DNA of 64,000 bases, taken from positions 1 through 64,000 of the IMG/VR virus record IMGVR_UViG_3300025117_000050, one strand, 5' to 3'. A program made the position numbers and the translations under genes. The stretch's first letter is position 1; each line of letters starts with the position of its first letter. The notes beneath the pieces are model-generated. The model saw nothing but the letters and a program-made list of their open reading frames with translations. It made no database searches and was not told the DNA's origin. Origin of the DNA: a virus. This document shows positions 12,012 through 24,916 of this stretch, one piece after another.

Positions 12012-12889
12012 AATAAAGGAGTATAGTGTATATATGAAATTAATTGATATTGCTAACAAAATAGATAAATCTGAAAGAAATGAATCTTATGTAAATACTG
12101 ACCAATTTTCTTCAGAATTTAATTATGAATTTGATTGGGTAAAACAAGATAGACTTAAAGCATATTGGATTGGTAATTGGTATTGTACAGATTCTTATGT
12201 AGGGTATAGGATGTATTTTCTTGATGATGAACCTGTAGCATTTTCCATACAAAAAGGAAGAAAATGGTCTGAAAAATTTAATTGGATTAGTAAAGAATTA
12301 GCATTAAAAGTTAGAGAATATTTAATTTCTATTATGCCTAAAAGAGAAGATGAATTAAATATAAAAATATGTGATATTAACGAAGATATAGGAGATAGTT
12401 ATAAAATTGAATTTAATTCACAAATATTAAATCCTGATAATGCAATGCTTTATGGTGAATCAATTAAAATTTTAGAAAGAATAAAAGAAACACCAGATTG
12501 GGGAATAGATAAAATGTTAAAGATTCGATTAAGCAATGGAAAAGAAGAAATTGTAGACATAAAAGAATTAGATTTTAAGTATCATTTAGTATGAAAGGAA
12601 AGTGAAAAAATATGATATCATGGTTATTAAAATTATTTAAAATAAAACATGATGCTAAATGTCTAAATTGTAATGGAAAAGGTTATGTAAAATTTCAGGA
12701 TGGGTAGAAAGCACTTGTGGTTGTTGTTATGGCGCAGGTAAAATAAATAAACGAAGATACAATAAACCCTTAGAATATAAGGGTTTATTTTTATAATAAT
12801 TAACAAAATATTAAAATAAATATATTGACATTCAATTTCCCTTATGTTATTATTATAGAAAGAAACAAATAACAAGGAGGTATTACATA

Positions 12890-13141
12890 ATGACACAAGA
12901 ACAACAACAACAAGAAACAATCCTAAGCAAAGTTAAGAAATTATTAGCACTTGCAGAGAATAATACTTCGGCAGACGAATCACAAAATTCTTTTCTTAAA
13001 GCACAAATGCTACTCTTAAAACATGGTTTAACTATGAATGACGTTGCTGAATCTAAAGAAGATTATAGGTACAGAGGTATGAGTGAATTTGAAATAAATA
13101 ATATTTTTAATAATGGTAAAAAGGTTGCTAGATTTTATTAG
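12890..13141 (+). CDS. DUF2786 domain protein (short)
   Basis: ILSKVKKLLALA....ES...LKAQMLL.KHGL. Confidence 0.7.
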   Translation: MTQEQQQQETILSKVKKLLALAENNTSADESQNSFLKAQMLLLKHGLTMNDVAESKEDYRYRGMSEFEINNIFNNGKKVARFY

Positions 13142-15051
13142 GGAGGAATTAACATGTTAAGGTATTTACATTTACAATTTATTAAATTAAAATCACTAAT
13201 AAATAAAGATGTAATAATATGTGCCGTAGATAAAAAGGATAGTATGACTTATATTATTAAAAATGGTAGTATTGTAGACACTATTCCGATAAGTAATGAT
13301 ATAATTAGAGGCAAGAGAAGTAAGATACCATTATTTTATGATTTTGAATTTGATAAAGAGAATCTAAATAAAGTAATTAAAGAATACATAATTTAATAAA
13401 AGGAGAGATTAAATATGGCAATGGTAGACTATGGAGCAGTTTTAAAGAAGAATGGAATAGTAATTCACAGAGATGATTTCTTTATGGATATGCAAAAAGC
13501 TGTTGGATTTACTATTGATTCATTAAAAGATAAAGATGGTTATAATTATCAAATTAATGGCAACTATTTTGTATACATTGGTGATGAAGAATTATTGATT
13601 TGTGTATACAAAACACAATTGTTAATTATCTCAAATAACAAAATTATACATCGTGTATATGGTGCTAATGTTGATTCTTATAGTATACATGATAAATTTA
13701 GATTAAAATTTGAAGTTAATGGAATTAAATTTGATATAAAAAGAATAAGTTATAGTAATATGTATTTGCTTAGATTCTGGTATAAAAGGAATCTTTATGA
13801 ATGTATTTATGGTTATGGTGTTGATAATAGTGTAAAGAATTGGTATTACAATAATAATAGAGAAAGAAGAATTGCTAAAGAATTTTTTAGAAATAAGTCT
13901 TGGAAAATATTAACATAAAAGATTAAATTACTTTTAACTTAAAAACATTATAAAGGAGAGATAATATTATGTATTTAAGTATAACCTTTACTGATTATAA
14001 TAAAATAACAATGAATATAATTAGATTTACTTGCAATGAAAATGAAATCTTAAATAGAAATAATATGTACAATTGTTTTATAGTTGGAGATAATTACATA
14101 AAATGAAAGGCAATATGTTTGATATAGAATATTATGTAAAAAATGTTAGGGTATTTACAGTATAGAGAGGATGAATTAACATAAATAATGCTCAGGAAAT
14201 ATTAAGAAAGATTGTTAATTTCATAGATGATTATTATAAAATAGCACCTATATTTTATAAAACATGGTTAGATAAATATGGGGTTAATAATCTTAATTTT
14301 ATAAACTATATAATTTTTGAAGAAGAAAATGAGTATATTGAAGAATATTTAAATTATTGTTTATATATGCTTGAAGAATGTGAAAAACAATATCCTAAAG
14401 GTAGTGAAATTATAGGATTTCAAATTGCTGATATTATGAGAATGATGGCAGAAAGTAAAGAATTAAATGAAATATAATATAGAGGAGGAATACATATGTT
14501 GGTAGATATTAACTTTAGACAATCTCTAATCAATGAGTATAGAAAGAAAATTGAAGAGCATTGTACACCTGAAAGATTTGAAGAAATTAAAAATAGCATA
14601 CCTAGAAATCTTGATGACATATTTCATAAAATAAATACAGGTATATATTATAGTGGATTAAATTTCGATCATAGAATTAAAATGCTTTCAAATGATAAAA
14701 TTAAAGATAAATATGAAAGTTTTACTTTTATGAAACGTATAAATGGAAAAGTAGATTGGAATTACATTCGTAAATGTATTAATGAAGGAAAAGAACATAA
14801 AGATAATTACGGTGTATGTGATAATTATCAACAAGTTTTAAATCACTATCCAGAATTAAATGATCCTAATAGAAAATTTATATTATCTTTATGTAAAATT
14901 AGTAAGAAAGAAGATGGTGGTTGGCGATGGCATAAGTGGGGTAAATATATAGGTATTCAAAAATCGCAATGTGAGTATATCGGTGATGAACCTGAGATTG
15001 AAGAAGTATATGTGTATCATATTTATGAAATGGAATAGGAGGAAGTACATA

Positions 15052-15450
15052 ATGCAATTAAAAGAAAAGTTTAAAGAATTATGGTTTTCTAAGGTTGAGG
15101 ATATAGCTAAAAAATGTTCTAATATTGAAGTATTTAATTTAATGAAACAAATTGAATATGGCAATATTTCAGATGAAGAAAAAGAAATGATAGCAAAACA
15201 ATTAGAGGAAATGAATATTCATGATATAAATGCAGTATGGTATATTGGTTTTATGATTAGTGATATTCAAAAATGTATATTTCAAGATAAAATAAATTTA
15301 AATTTGATTAATTCAGTATGTCAAATTAATGGTTGTTTAAATAGTGATAGTTATTGGAGCAACGTATGGGATGATAATATTAATTCAGAGGAAGCAAAAA
15401 ATCTTAAAGAATTGGGTATTTTGATGCAAGAATTAGTTAAATATTTATAA
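15052..15450 (+). CDS. hypothetical protein (start revised from ORF track 14971)
   Basis: AGGAGG SD precedes ATG at 15052. Confidence 0.6.
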   Translation: MQLKEKFKELWFSKVEDIAKKCSNIEVFNLMKQIEYGNISDEEKEMIAKQLEEMNIHDINAVWYIGFMISDIQKCIFQDKINLNLINSVCQINGCLNSDSYWSNVWDDNINSEEAKNLKELGILMQELVKYL

Positions 15451-17146
15451 GATAAATTTATTAATAAAGAAAAGTTTGGAGAGGAGAATTAATATGAATA
15501 AAGATTTAATTAATAAAGCAATTGATGTAATGGAAAGAGTTAAGATAGGGTCTTTAATTAGATTACATGGCATTCATGATTTTAGAGTAGTATATCAAGA
15601 ACCAAGTTATGAAGAAATATATGGTTGTTGTAAAATTCCCAGAGATCATGTAATTAGAATGGTTAACCAAACTATTCCTAATGCTTTAAACTGGACAAAA
15701 TCTAAATCAATAGATAGACTTAAAATAGAAATGGTGCAAAGTGCCGTAGCAGGTTTGTATAAAGATATTGAATTAATTGAAGAATAAAAGGAATAAGAAT
15801 GAAACAAAATTTAGATTAATATAATATATTCAGGGAGGATGAAATATGCTAAGTTTTAAAACAACTAATGAAACAGTTATAGATATGTATAAAGGCAAGA
15901 CATTCATTGAAACAAATATAAAATTATTCACAGAAATTAATGATGATTTGAAGAAGAAATTTTTTGGTAGGATAGATTTAATTGAAGATATTCTAAAAGC
16001 AATTAATATTAAAATGAAGAAATTGTTATGAATAATTTAGAAGATAATACGGATATTGCTGAAATATTATCTTGCATAAGAGGTAAATTGTAATTTCATA
16101 ATCTCACAAAGTATTGATTTTATTGGGTTTATAAAATTAAAAATCAATACAAATGAGAGTATTTATTCAAACTTTAAAGGAGGAAAATTAAAATGACAAA
16201 ATACGTGTTAAAAACAAATAGTAATTATTATGGAGATGGTTACATAAAAGAGTTTTATAATAATTATGGTGCACGTGATGATTTTCATGTAAGTAGTAAT
16301 ATTTTTGATGCAACTATCTATGATACAATTAGTAAAGCTAAAAATGGTATTAAATATTGCTTAAATATTATTGATGGTTATAATAATATGGATTCTGATT
16401 ATGTGAGAGATAATAAATTAGATTCAAAAAAGTTTCCTAAGATATGGTTAGATATATTTGAGGTGGAATTAACAGAAAAGAAAATTGATACTAAACAAAA
16501 GGAGGTTGGTTAAGGAAAAGAATGAGTTAAGGAAGGAATTTAAAAAGATGTTTGAACTGATAAAGGAGAGAAATACATAATGAGAGATAAAGAATTTTTC
16601 CATGATAGAAATAATGATATTTATTATTTAGTTAATTTTCAAGAAGAAAGATATATGAAAATAGCAGAAAAAGGAAGTCAATACTATGAATTATGCAGAC
16701 ATTTATATTGTAATAATTGGGAATATGCATATATCAGACATAAAATATTATCCACATTTAAGAAGGTAGATAAATTGATACAGATCGATGGGACAGAAGA
16801 TTAAGAAAATATAAAATAAAGGTGGTAATATGTATGAGATGTTATAATACTAATGGTCGTGGATATTTTGTAGTATTAAAAACTCCAAATGAGATAATTA
16901 ATTTGTTGAATAAATTGTGACATACATACACAATAGGGAAACATCATGTATTTTCAAAGGAAAATAATTATGTAATATTTATTAATAGTCATTCTCTTAA
17001 TCTAGCAGATCGAGTAGCAAATATATGGATTGAATCAATTTTAGGTAAATTTGAAATATTAGATACTTACAATGAATGTAAACTTAAAGATGTTGGTAAG
17101 TATTGGTGATATATAAATTGAAAAATAAAAAGGAGGATAAATTTTA

Positions 17147-17929
17147 TTGACAAGAGAAGAACGTAAACAATGGTATTATGAACAAACACATAAAATAATA
17201 GATAATATAATACATAAACAATGTACAGTTTGTAAAGAATGGTGTCCTGATACTGAAGAATATTTTTATTGGAGAAATAAAAATAAACCAGAAAAAGGCT
17301 TTCAATCAGAATGTAAAAAATGCTCATCAAATACTAATAATAATAGACAAAAGGCTAATTATGATAAATATAAAGAATATAGAGCAGAATGGATTGAAAA
17401 AAGTAATAATAAAGAAAATGTTAATAATACAGCAAGACAATGGAGGGAAGAAAATCAAGAGTGGAAACAAAAATATCAATTAAATTATTATAAAAACAAT
17501 CCAGATAAAATGAAAATATATAATCAAAATAAACAACAACATAAAAAACATAACATATCTAAAACAGAATGGGAAAATTGTAAACGATATTTTAATTACA
17601 AATGTGCTTATTGTGGTTTACCTATTGAAGAACATTATTTTACTAGAAATGGTATTATAAAACTCGGAGATTTTCACAAGGAGCATGTAGACCATAAAGG
17701 TAGTAATGATTTATCAAATTGTGTACCAAGTTGTGGAAGTTGTAATGATCATAAATGGAAATTTGATTTTGATTATTGGTATAATACAAATAACGAAAGA
17801 TATTCTCAAGAAAGATATGATAAAATAATTAAATGGTTGACAGATGATTATAAAGTATACATAGAACCACCTAAACCAAAAAGAACATATACTAGAAAAG
17901 AATTAAATAGATTAGAAAATAAATGTTGA
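17147..17929 (+). CDS. HNH endonuclease with N-terminal Zn-finger
   Basis: CAYCG...HKEHVD...NDLSNCVPSCGSCN. Confidence 0.85.
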   Translation: MTREERKQWYYEQTHKIIDNIIHKQCTVCKEWCPDTEEYFYWRNKNKPEKGFQSECKKCSSNTNNNRQKANYDKYKEYRAEWIEKSNNKENVNNTARQWREENQEWKQKYQLNYYKNNPDKMKIYNQNKQQHKKHNISKTEWENCKRYFNYKCAYCGLPIEEHYFTRNGIIKLGDFHKEHVDHKGSNDLSNCVPSCGSCNDHKWKFDFDYWYNTNNERYSQERYDKIIKWLTDDYKVYIEPPKPKRTYTRKELNRLENKC

Positions 17930-17955
17930 CAGAATGATAAAATAAATGTTATAAT
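17926..17955 (+). promoter_or_regulatory. sigma-A promoter containing the repeated 18-bp element
   Basis: TTGACA-18-TATAAT with extended TG; spacer contains AATGATAAAATAAATGTT. Confidence 0.75.
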
Positions 17956-18399
17956 ACTAATAGAGTTGAAAGGAGGTGATTATATGACATAATAAAACAT
18001 TAATAAAATAAGTATAATATTGATTGGAGGAAAAATGATTTATGAATACTGATAATATTATTGATAATGCAATTAAAACAAATGTTAGCTTTAAAAGAAA
18101 TCCATATTACATATATGATTTAGTGCAAGTAAATTGGATGTTAGAGCAAGGTTGCATACCCTTACAAGTAGGCAAAGGTGAAAAAAATGATGTATTTTTA
18201 AAATTTCCTAGAACACCTGAAGTAGAAGAAATAGTTTATAAATGGAAATTAAAAAATAAAAGATTAAGTAAATATAATTTGTAGTTAAGAGCTTAATTAT
18301 AAGCTCTTATAAATGTTTAATTAAATAATTGATAATTATTATGATGTTGATAATATGATAATTAAATTAATTCTGATAAAGATAAGGAGAATATAATAT

Positions 18400-19533
18400 T
18401 TGATGATAACGAATGAATTAGAAGTAGGTAAAAAATATAAAGATTTAAAAGTAATGTGTGAAGTATTAGATTTTGAGTATTTTGATAGTACAAACAGTAG
18501 AAAAGCAACTTTAAGAGAGATAGAATCTCATTATAAATTAGAAAAACAAGGTAGAGGATACATAGTATTAGAAAAATATGATACACCAATTATAATAAAA
18601 AATAACAATGATGGAAGGATTAATAATGGTGGAGGAATAAGAAATACTAAATATGATAAATTAATGGACGATTTAATAATTGATTGGTTACATAGAAAAA
18701 ATGAAGCAGAGTTTAATATTTCTTTTAATGAAATATTTACACAAGATAAAGAAAACAATAATAAAAATATACCTTTATTCTCAGATGAATATGCTAATTT
18801 AATGAATATTGGACACGAAGAATTTTCAAAGGAAATTGCTATTAGAAAAGATTTAGTAGATATGTTTAGAGAAAAAATGTATATGATATCAAGTAAATGT
18901 TTTGAAACTTCATTAGGAAGATTACAGAAGCAAAACATAATAATATGGAGTAAGGAAACTATGATTAAATATTATGGTGATATGACAGAAATTGCCGATG
19001 AAGATTTACTTGAAGAAATTAATCTGGCAGAACAAGAAACCTATGAAACAATGGAAATAACTTCATTTAAAAGAAGAAATCCAAATGTTAATAAGAAATT
19101 TAAAAGAGAAGTATGTAAAATATTATCACAACATAGAATTTCATCTTATTGGAAAGTATATAATATTGAAATATTAGAAGAAGATAAAATAATTTCAATA
19201 GAAAATGTAGATAAAATAAAAATTGAATTAGTTAATAGATTTGTAAATTCAATAAGAGATAGTTTATACAATAAAAAATATGATGAAATTGATGATACTC
19301 CAATTGCTATAGGCGAGAAAAGAGAAAGTGAAAAATATAATCCATTTATGAATAACACTGAAGATATGGTTAAATTATCAAATATATTATTTATAGATTA
19401 TGATAAAAGTAATATAGAAGTTATGGATGAAGAATGGGAGAAAGGTGAAGCAAAAAAAGAAAAAGAAAAAATGAAACAGAAAATAGAGGAAAAGAAAGTT
19501 AAGAGGAAGAAAAGAAAAATAATAACTAATTAA
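18400..19533 (+). CDS. putative replication/DNA-binding protein (377 aa)
   Basis: Long ORF followed by iteron-like repeats; function inferred from context only. Confidence 0.4.
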   Translation: MMITNELEVGKKYKDLKVMCEVLDFEYFDSTNSRKATLREIESHYKLEKQGRGYIVLEKYDTPIIIKNNNDGRINNGGGIRNTKYDKLMDDLIIDWLHRKNEAEFNISFNEIFTQDKENNNKNIPLFSDEYANLMNIGHEEFSKEIAIRKDLVDMFREKMYMISSKCFETSLGRLQKQNIIIWSKETMIKYYGDMTEIADEDLLEEINLAEQETYETMEITSFKRRNPNVNKKFKREVCKILSQHRISSYWKVYNIEILEEDKIISIENVDKIKIELVNRFVNSIRDSLYNKKYDEIDDTPIAIGEKRESEKYNPFMNNTEDMVKLSNILFIDYDKSNIEVMDEEWEKGEAKKEKEKMKQKIEEKKVKRKKRKIITN

Positions 19534-19564
19534 CAATACAATTTGCTGCTTACGCAGGATTATA

Positions 19565-19719
19565 TAAACCGACCATAAGTTAAAAGTAATAATGGTAAAT
19601 ATATAATATACATAAATTATAACGACCATAAATTATTAGTGTAATGTTATTATGTTTTATATTATTCTATTTATCTATGGTCGGTTTAGTATTATAACTA
19701 TTAATTATTGATCGGTTTG
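19565..19719. repeat. iteron-like repeat cluster (TAAACCGACCATA; 2 direct and 2 inverted copies)
   Basis: Copies at 19565, ~19619 (degenerate), 19676-19688 (perfect inverted) and ~19708 (degenerate inverted). Confidence 0.6.
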
Positions 19720-19884
19720 TCATTAATCAATAATACACAGCATAATATTATTTAATTTATTATCTATTAATAAATATAAATTATTATTTTGACGTAGCTT
19801 TAGCGAAGTCAAACAGATTGTATTATTAAAGAATAAACAAAATAATAAAATATATTTAATCCACACAGAAAAGAGTTGATTCAA

Positions 19885-20046
19885 ATGATATTTTCTCATG
19901 AATGGGACGAAGCGTTATTCAAAGACAGAGTAGTGCGTAAAAAGAAAGAAGATAAACGCAAAAAGTTATTAGCAATGATTAATGATAAAGCTACCACTGA
20001 GGGAGAAAAAAATAATGCCAGAAAGTTATTATTAAAGTTTGAATAG
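19885..20046 (+). CDS. small DUF2786-like protein (53 aa, not in ORF track)
   Basis: KRKKLLAMINDKATTEGEKNNARKLL. Confidence 0.45.
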   Translation: MIFSHEWDEALFKDRVVRKKKEDKRKKLLAMINDKATTEGEKNNARKLLLKFE

Positions 20047-20476
20047 GTATAATATTTCCATTAATATTAATATAATAGAAGGAGTGATTAAAATGGGTGC
20101 TATTATACTTGGCATTATTTTACTAGCAATATTCGGTGGTAAATAATAAAAAAGGAGCGTATAAACATGAACGCAATAAAATCATTTAACCTAACATTTG
20201 CATTATCAAATCTACCTAACAATGTAAAAGATATATTTATAGAAATTATTCGTAGTGCTATGACAGGTAAAGAATTAACCCAAAAAAATAAAGATATATT
20301 AGCGTATGCATGTTATCATAGCACATTGCCGATAGATGATGAAAAGGTGCTGAGTTGGAGTATTCCAAATGCGGAAGATTAATTAAATCAAATTAAATAA
20401 GTAGAAATAATCAAAAATTCATCTTGACTTTTTAACAGAATACAAATATAATAATAGGAAGGAAGTGAACAATAAA

Positions 20477-20635
20477 TTGCCACATAAAATCATAAGAAAA
20501 CTTGATGATTTAGGTAGAATTCACATTGCAAAAGAAATAAGAAAACAAGTAGGCATTGAAGAAGGTGACGCTATATTAATGGAAGTTAATGAAAATGGTC
20601 AAATTGTATTGACTAAGGTTATGGATAAAGAGTAA
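20477..20635 (+). CDS. AbrB/MazE/SpoVT-family DNA-binding protein (52 aa, TTG start, not in ORF track)
   Basis: MPHKIIRKLDDLGRIHIAKEIRKQVGIEEGDAILMEVNENGQIVLTKV matches the AbrB N-domain pattern RKxDxLGRIxIPKExR. Confidence 0.85.
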   Translation: MPHKIIRKLDDLGRIHIAKEIRKQVGIEEGDAILMEVNENGQIVLTKVMDKE

Positions 20636-22840
20636 AATATAAGATAGGAGGTATTAATTGTGTTAGCATTAGAAACACTATCTGCTAATGGTAAGGAATT
20701 AATACCTAAAGGGAAGAAATATGTTGTAGGTAAAGAGGATTGTGGTTACAGCACTAAATATTTTGTTATAGATAATTATGGAGATAGATTATATTTGACA
20801 AAGGAAGAATTATTGTATAAATTTAAGTTATCAAACAAGGAGGATTTGTAAGTTTAGTAAATTTGTATAATAAGGAGGAGAATTAACTATGAATACAGAA
20901 ATAGCAATTTTGTTAGAATGTTTAATAGATGAAATAAGAGCAAGTGGAGAGCCTTCAGAAAAAACAATAATAGTCTTAGCGAAGTATGAAGATAAGTATG
21001 ATTTTGTAAAAGAATATTTTAAGGAATTAGATGAAGAATAAATTAGGAGGAATATTAGATGAAATTATTTGAAAAACAGGAGAATATCAATAAAGATAAA
21101 GTTAATTTAAAAGATATTCTCAATAAACTAAAAGAATCAGGAGTAGATTTAAAACTTGTTGGTGAAGTAGCCAGAGCATTTAATTATTCATATATGTCTG
21201 GTTATGAAGATGGGGAAGCAATAATTAGATCCAAACCGTGATTAAGTTATAATTTTAAAATGAAATAGGAGGAATTAGATGTGATAAATTTTCGATATTT
21301 ATTATTTGCTTACAATACTTACTATCCTGTAGGTGGTTTCAATGATTTTATTTTTAAATTTTCAACTTTTGAAGAGTTTAAAGAAAAATTAGAAGAAATA
21401 AATATTGAAAAAATTGAATGTCAACATTTTCAAATACTTGATTTACTTAAATTAGAAAGTTTTAATGTTTTATATTTAGATGAACCAAGTGAAGTAAATA
21501 TTAAAAGTAAACTTAAACGAGCAGTAAGAGGGTATTTTCAATTTGATAAGACAAGATAATTAACCAAATTAATAACATGAGTAGAGAATCATCCATGAAT
21601 TATGCAAAACATCAAATAAATACTCAATTAAATGATTTTCTAGAAAAGTTTAATATCATAAGTAAACAAATATCAGATATTATTAATTCTAATATATCAC
21701 CTGTTAGTAAAGTTTCAACATTGTTAATATTACTTAAAAGCATAGATAATAGTTTAGATGTTGCTACATTGGTAAATCTTTGTTCAAACTACGAATTTAA
21801 TTATGAGTGTATATGGTGTAGTTGCAGGAATTATGGATATGATAGATCAATATGTTTTAATTATATCCCTGAAAATTTATTGGGAAGGATGATTAATAAT
21901 GAAAGTAAAATGTTTACATGATTTATTTATTAATAATTTAGTATTTTATAGATTACATGAATATGGCATTTATTCTGAGAAAGGTGATTTTATAACTATT
22001 TTAGATGAGTATAATAACAAATTCAAAATTTTGAAAACCGTAAAATGTACAATTTCTTATGATTATTATTTTGAGAAAGTTATTTAATATATGATGGAAG
22101 TGTAGTTTTAAAATGATGTTAAAGGAGTGTTAATCAATGATAAAAATCGGTAAAATTACTCAAGAACAACTAAACAAATTACAAAAATCAAGAAATCCTA
22201 AAACTATTTTTAAAGAATTAGTTGGATTAAATAAAACTGCTAAGTATGAAATAGGAGATACCTGTATTGACGCAGATAGAGTTAAGCCTATGGATATAAT
22301 TAAGAAATCATTTAATGGTCGTGATTTTTACTATATTATTGTGAAACAGTTTAATGAAGATTTGGTATTTGCTTATTCATTATATCCTGTCGGATAGTAA
22401 ATATGGGAGTTATTATTTACTCCTAATACATAATAATTAAAAATAAGAAGGAGAAAAAATAATGCAAATAGGTGATAAGGTTTGGATATTTGATGGCAAT
22501 AGACGCATATATGAAGATGATAAAGGGAATAAAACACAAAATCCTTGGTATAGAGGTCATTTTGTTGAGAAGTATATTATAGGAGAGACTAAGCAAAGTT
22601 GGATTGTTGGTTATAAAGGAAATGATATAGATAGTAAAACAAATTTTAAAGCTAATAAGAAAACTCTTATCTATTCAATTATAAATAATTATAGTCTTGA
22701 TAAAAAATTATATATTTCTGAAGAAGAAATTGAACGTAAATGTTGGGTGTATGAAAATCGTAGTAGAATTATAAGAAAAGTTGAACAATGTCATGATTAT
22801 GATAAATTAAGGAAAATTGAAGAAATATTATTATTTGAAT

Positions 22841-22882
22841 AAACCGACCGCACTCTCGCGACTTCAGTCGTGTGAGGTTCAC
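22841..22882 (+). mobile_element. IS200/IS605-family end remnant (subterminal hairpin)
   Basis: GC-rich CTCTCGCGAC-TTCA-GTCGTGTGAG hairpin followed by GTTCAC. Confidence 0.5.
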
Positions 22883-22898
22883 TAAAGGAGTATTTATT

Positions 22899-23423
22899 AT
22901 GAAAAATAAATTATATAATATTGGAGTGATTATTGGAGGATTTCAACCTTTTCATATTGGTCATGAGCAATTAGTAGATGTTGCTTTAGAATTATGTAAT
23001 AACATATATATTTACTTAGGAAAACGAAAAACTAATGAAGAAAATATGTTTTCATTTGAGACTAGAAAAAAATTAATAGAGAAAATTTATAAAAATTATT
23101 TAAATAGAATTAGATTTTTAGAAAATGAATATAAAAATAAAGATGAATGGAATAAATACATACTAAAATTGTTTCAGGGAACATTGCCAAATGGTAAGCC
23201 TGATATAATAATACATGGTGATGAAGATATCAGAAGATTATGGTTTAGTCAAAATGAAAGGAAATTCAATGAATTATTTATACCTAGAAATAAATTAATT
23301 GTTAGCGGAACAGCAATTAGAAATGCATTAATTGATAGTAATTTTGATTATTGTAGAAATGTAATGAATACATCAATTATAGATGAATTAGATAATTTAA
23401 GAAATGAATTAATAGGAGTATAA
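22899..23423 (+). CDS. cytidylyltransferase-like / NadM-type nucleotidyltransferase
   Basis: GGFQPFHIGH (HIGH motif) and VSGTAIRNAL; SD AAGGAG before ATG 22899. Confidence 0.8.
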   Translation: MKNKLYNIGVIIGGFQPFHIGHEQLVDVALELCNNIYIYLGKRKTNEENMFSFETRKKLIEKIYKNYLNRIRFLENEYKNKDEWNKYILKLFQGTLPNGKPDIIIHGDEDIRRLWFSQNERKFNELFIPRNKLIVSGTAIRNALIDSNFDYCRNVMNTSIIDELDNLRNELIGV

Positions 23424-23643
23424 GTATGTTAACAGAAAAAGAATTATTAAAATTAGCAGGTAAACTTGCTTTAGCATGTGAACAAATATTAATAAGCAAT
23501 CCAAAAACATTAAGTGAAAATATAAAGAAAATGGAAATAAAATTAAATGAATACAATTATGCAATAGAAGAAAATTTATTTGATGAAGAAATAAATGAGA
23601 CATTTAAGCAATCGTAGTAAATTAAGCAGAAAGGAATTCATTT

Positions 23644-24111
23644 ATGAAAAAGAAAATAATTATAGCAACATTTACATTATTATTTGTATTGCCGTTTTCA
23701 AGTGAATTATCTTATAGTCAGATGAATAATATTCAATCAGTTAATAAACCAATAAAATCAGTTAATATTCATAATCCTCCTGATATATCTTTAGAGTCAG
23801 AAAAGAAAAATAATGAATGCATAGAAATGTTTGCTACAAGTTATACAAAATCTGTAGAAGAGGGAACAAGCAAAGGAATAACTAAGAGTGGAGTACCAGT
23901 TAGTAGAGGAATAGTTTCAGTAGATCCTAAAATTATTCCTTTAGGAACTAAACTTTATGTTGAGGGTTATGGATATGCTACTGCTTTGGATATTGGTGGA
24001 GCAATAAAAGGTAATAAAATTGATTTATATATGAATAGTAAGAAAGAAGTATTTAAATGGGGAAGAAGAAATGTAAAGGTTTGGATTATTAAAGAAAAGG
24101 AGAATAAATGA
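23644..24111 (+). CDS. secreted 3D-domain cell-wall protein
   Basis: Signal peptide; ATSY, VDPKIIPLGTKLYVEGYG and DIGGAIKGNKIDLY. Confidence 0.9.
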   Translation: MKKKIIIATFTLLFVLPFSSELSYSQMNNIQSVNKPIKSVNIHNPPDISLESEKKNNECIEMFATSYTKSVEEGTSKGITKSGVPVSRGIVSVDPKIIPLGTKLYVEGYGYATALDIGGAIKGNKIDLYMNSKKEVFKWGRRNVKVWIIKEKENK

Positions 24112-24827
24112 AAAATATTTCAAAAGATTTAACTGGTATGAAGTTTAATAGATTAATTGTTATTAAAAGGGTAGATAATTATATTAGTCCACATGGCAAG
24201 AAACAATCTCAATGGTTATGCCAATGTGATTGTGAAGAACAAAATGAAATTATTGTTACTAGAAATAACTTACAATCTGGTAATACTAAATCATGTGGAT
24301 GTTTACAAAAAGAAAAAATAATTAAATTAAATAAATATAATATATACAACCTCACAGGTGAATTCGGGATAGGATATACAAATAATAATGAAGAATTTTA
24401 TTTCGATTTAGAAGATTATGATAAAATCAAGGATTATTGTTGGTGTAAAAGTAATAATGGATATATAATTACAAATGATTATAATAAGGAAAAACACATT
24501 ATTATATGGATGCACCGTTTAATTACAAATTGCCCTGATGATATGGAAGTTGACCATAAATTTCACGACCATTGGGATAATAGAAAAGAATTTTTAAGAA
24601 TAGTAACTAGAAGTCAAAATCAAATGAATATAGGTTTAAAATCACATAATACTTCTGGGATAACTGGTGTTAGCTGGATGGAAAAATATGGTAAATGGCA
24701 AGCATATATTAATATAAATGGAAAAAGAATTAATCTTGGTTATTATGATGATTTTCAAGATGCAGTAAGAGCAAGAAAAGAAGCAGAAGAAAAATATTTT
24801 GGTGAGTATAAATTTAAAGATAAGTAA
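24108..24827 (+). CDS. HNH-AP2 homing endonuclease
   Basis: WLCQCDC..SCGC, VDH...DNRK..LR, and AP2-like TSGITGVSW...W.AYI. Confidence 0.85.
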   Translation: MKNISKDLTGMKFNRLIVIKRVDNYISPHGKKQSQWLCQCDCEEQNEIIVTRNNLQSGNTKSCGCLQKEKIIKLNKYNIYNLTGEFGIGYTNNNEEFYFDLEDYDKIKDYCWCKSNNGYIITNDYNKEKHIIIWMHRLITNCPDDMEVDHKFHDHWDNRKEFLRIVTRSQNQMNIGLKSHNTSGITGVSWMEKYGKWQAYININGKRINLGYYDDFQDAVRARKEAEEKYFGEYKFKDK

Positions 24828-24840
24828 GAATAATTAATAA

Positions 24841-24885
24841 AATGATAAAATAAATGTTGACAAGTAGCTATACATAGTTTATTAT
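24841..24885 (+). promoter_or_regulatory. sigma-A promoter preceded by the 18-bp repeated element
   Basis: AATGATAAAATAAATGTT overlaps TTGACA (24857-24862). Confidence 0.65.
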
Positions 24886-24916
24886 ATTGTTAGGAAATAA
24901 ATAAATTTTAAAAGGA

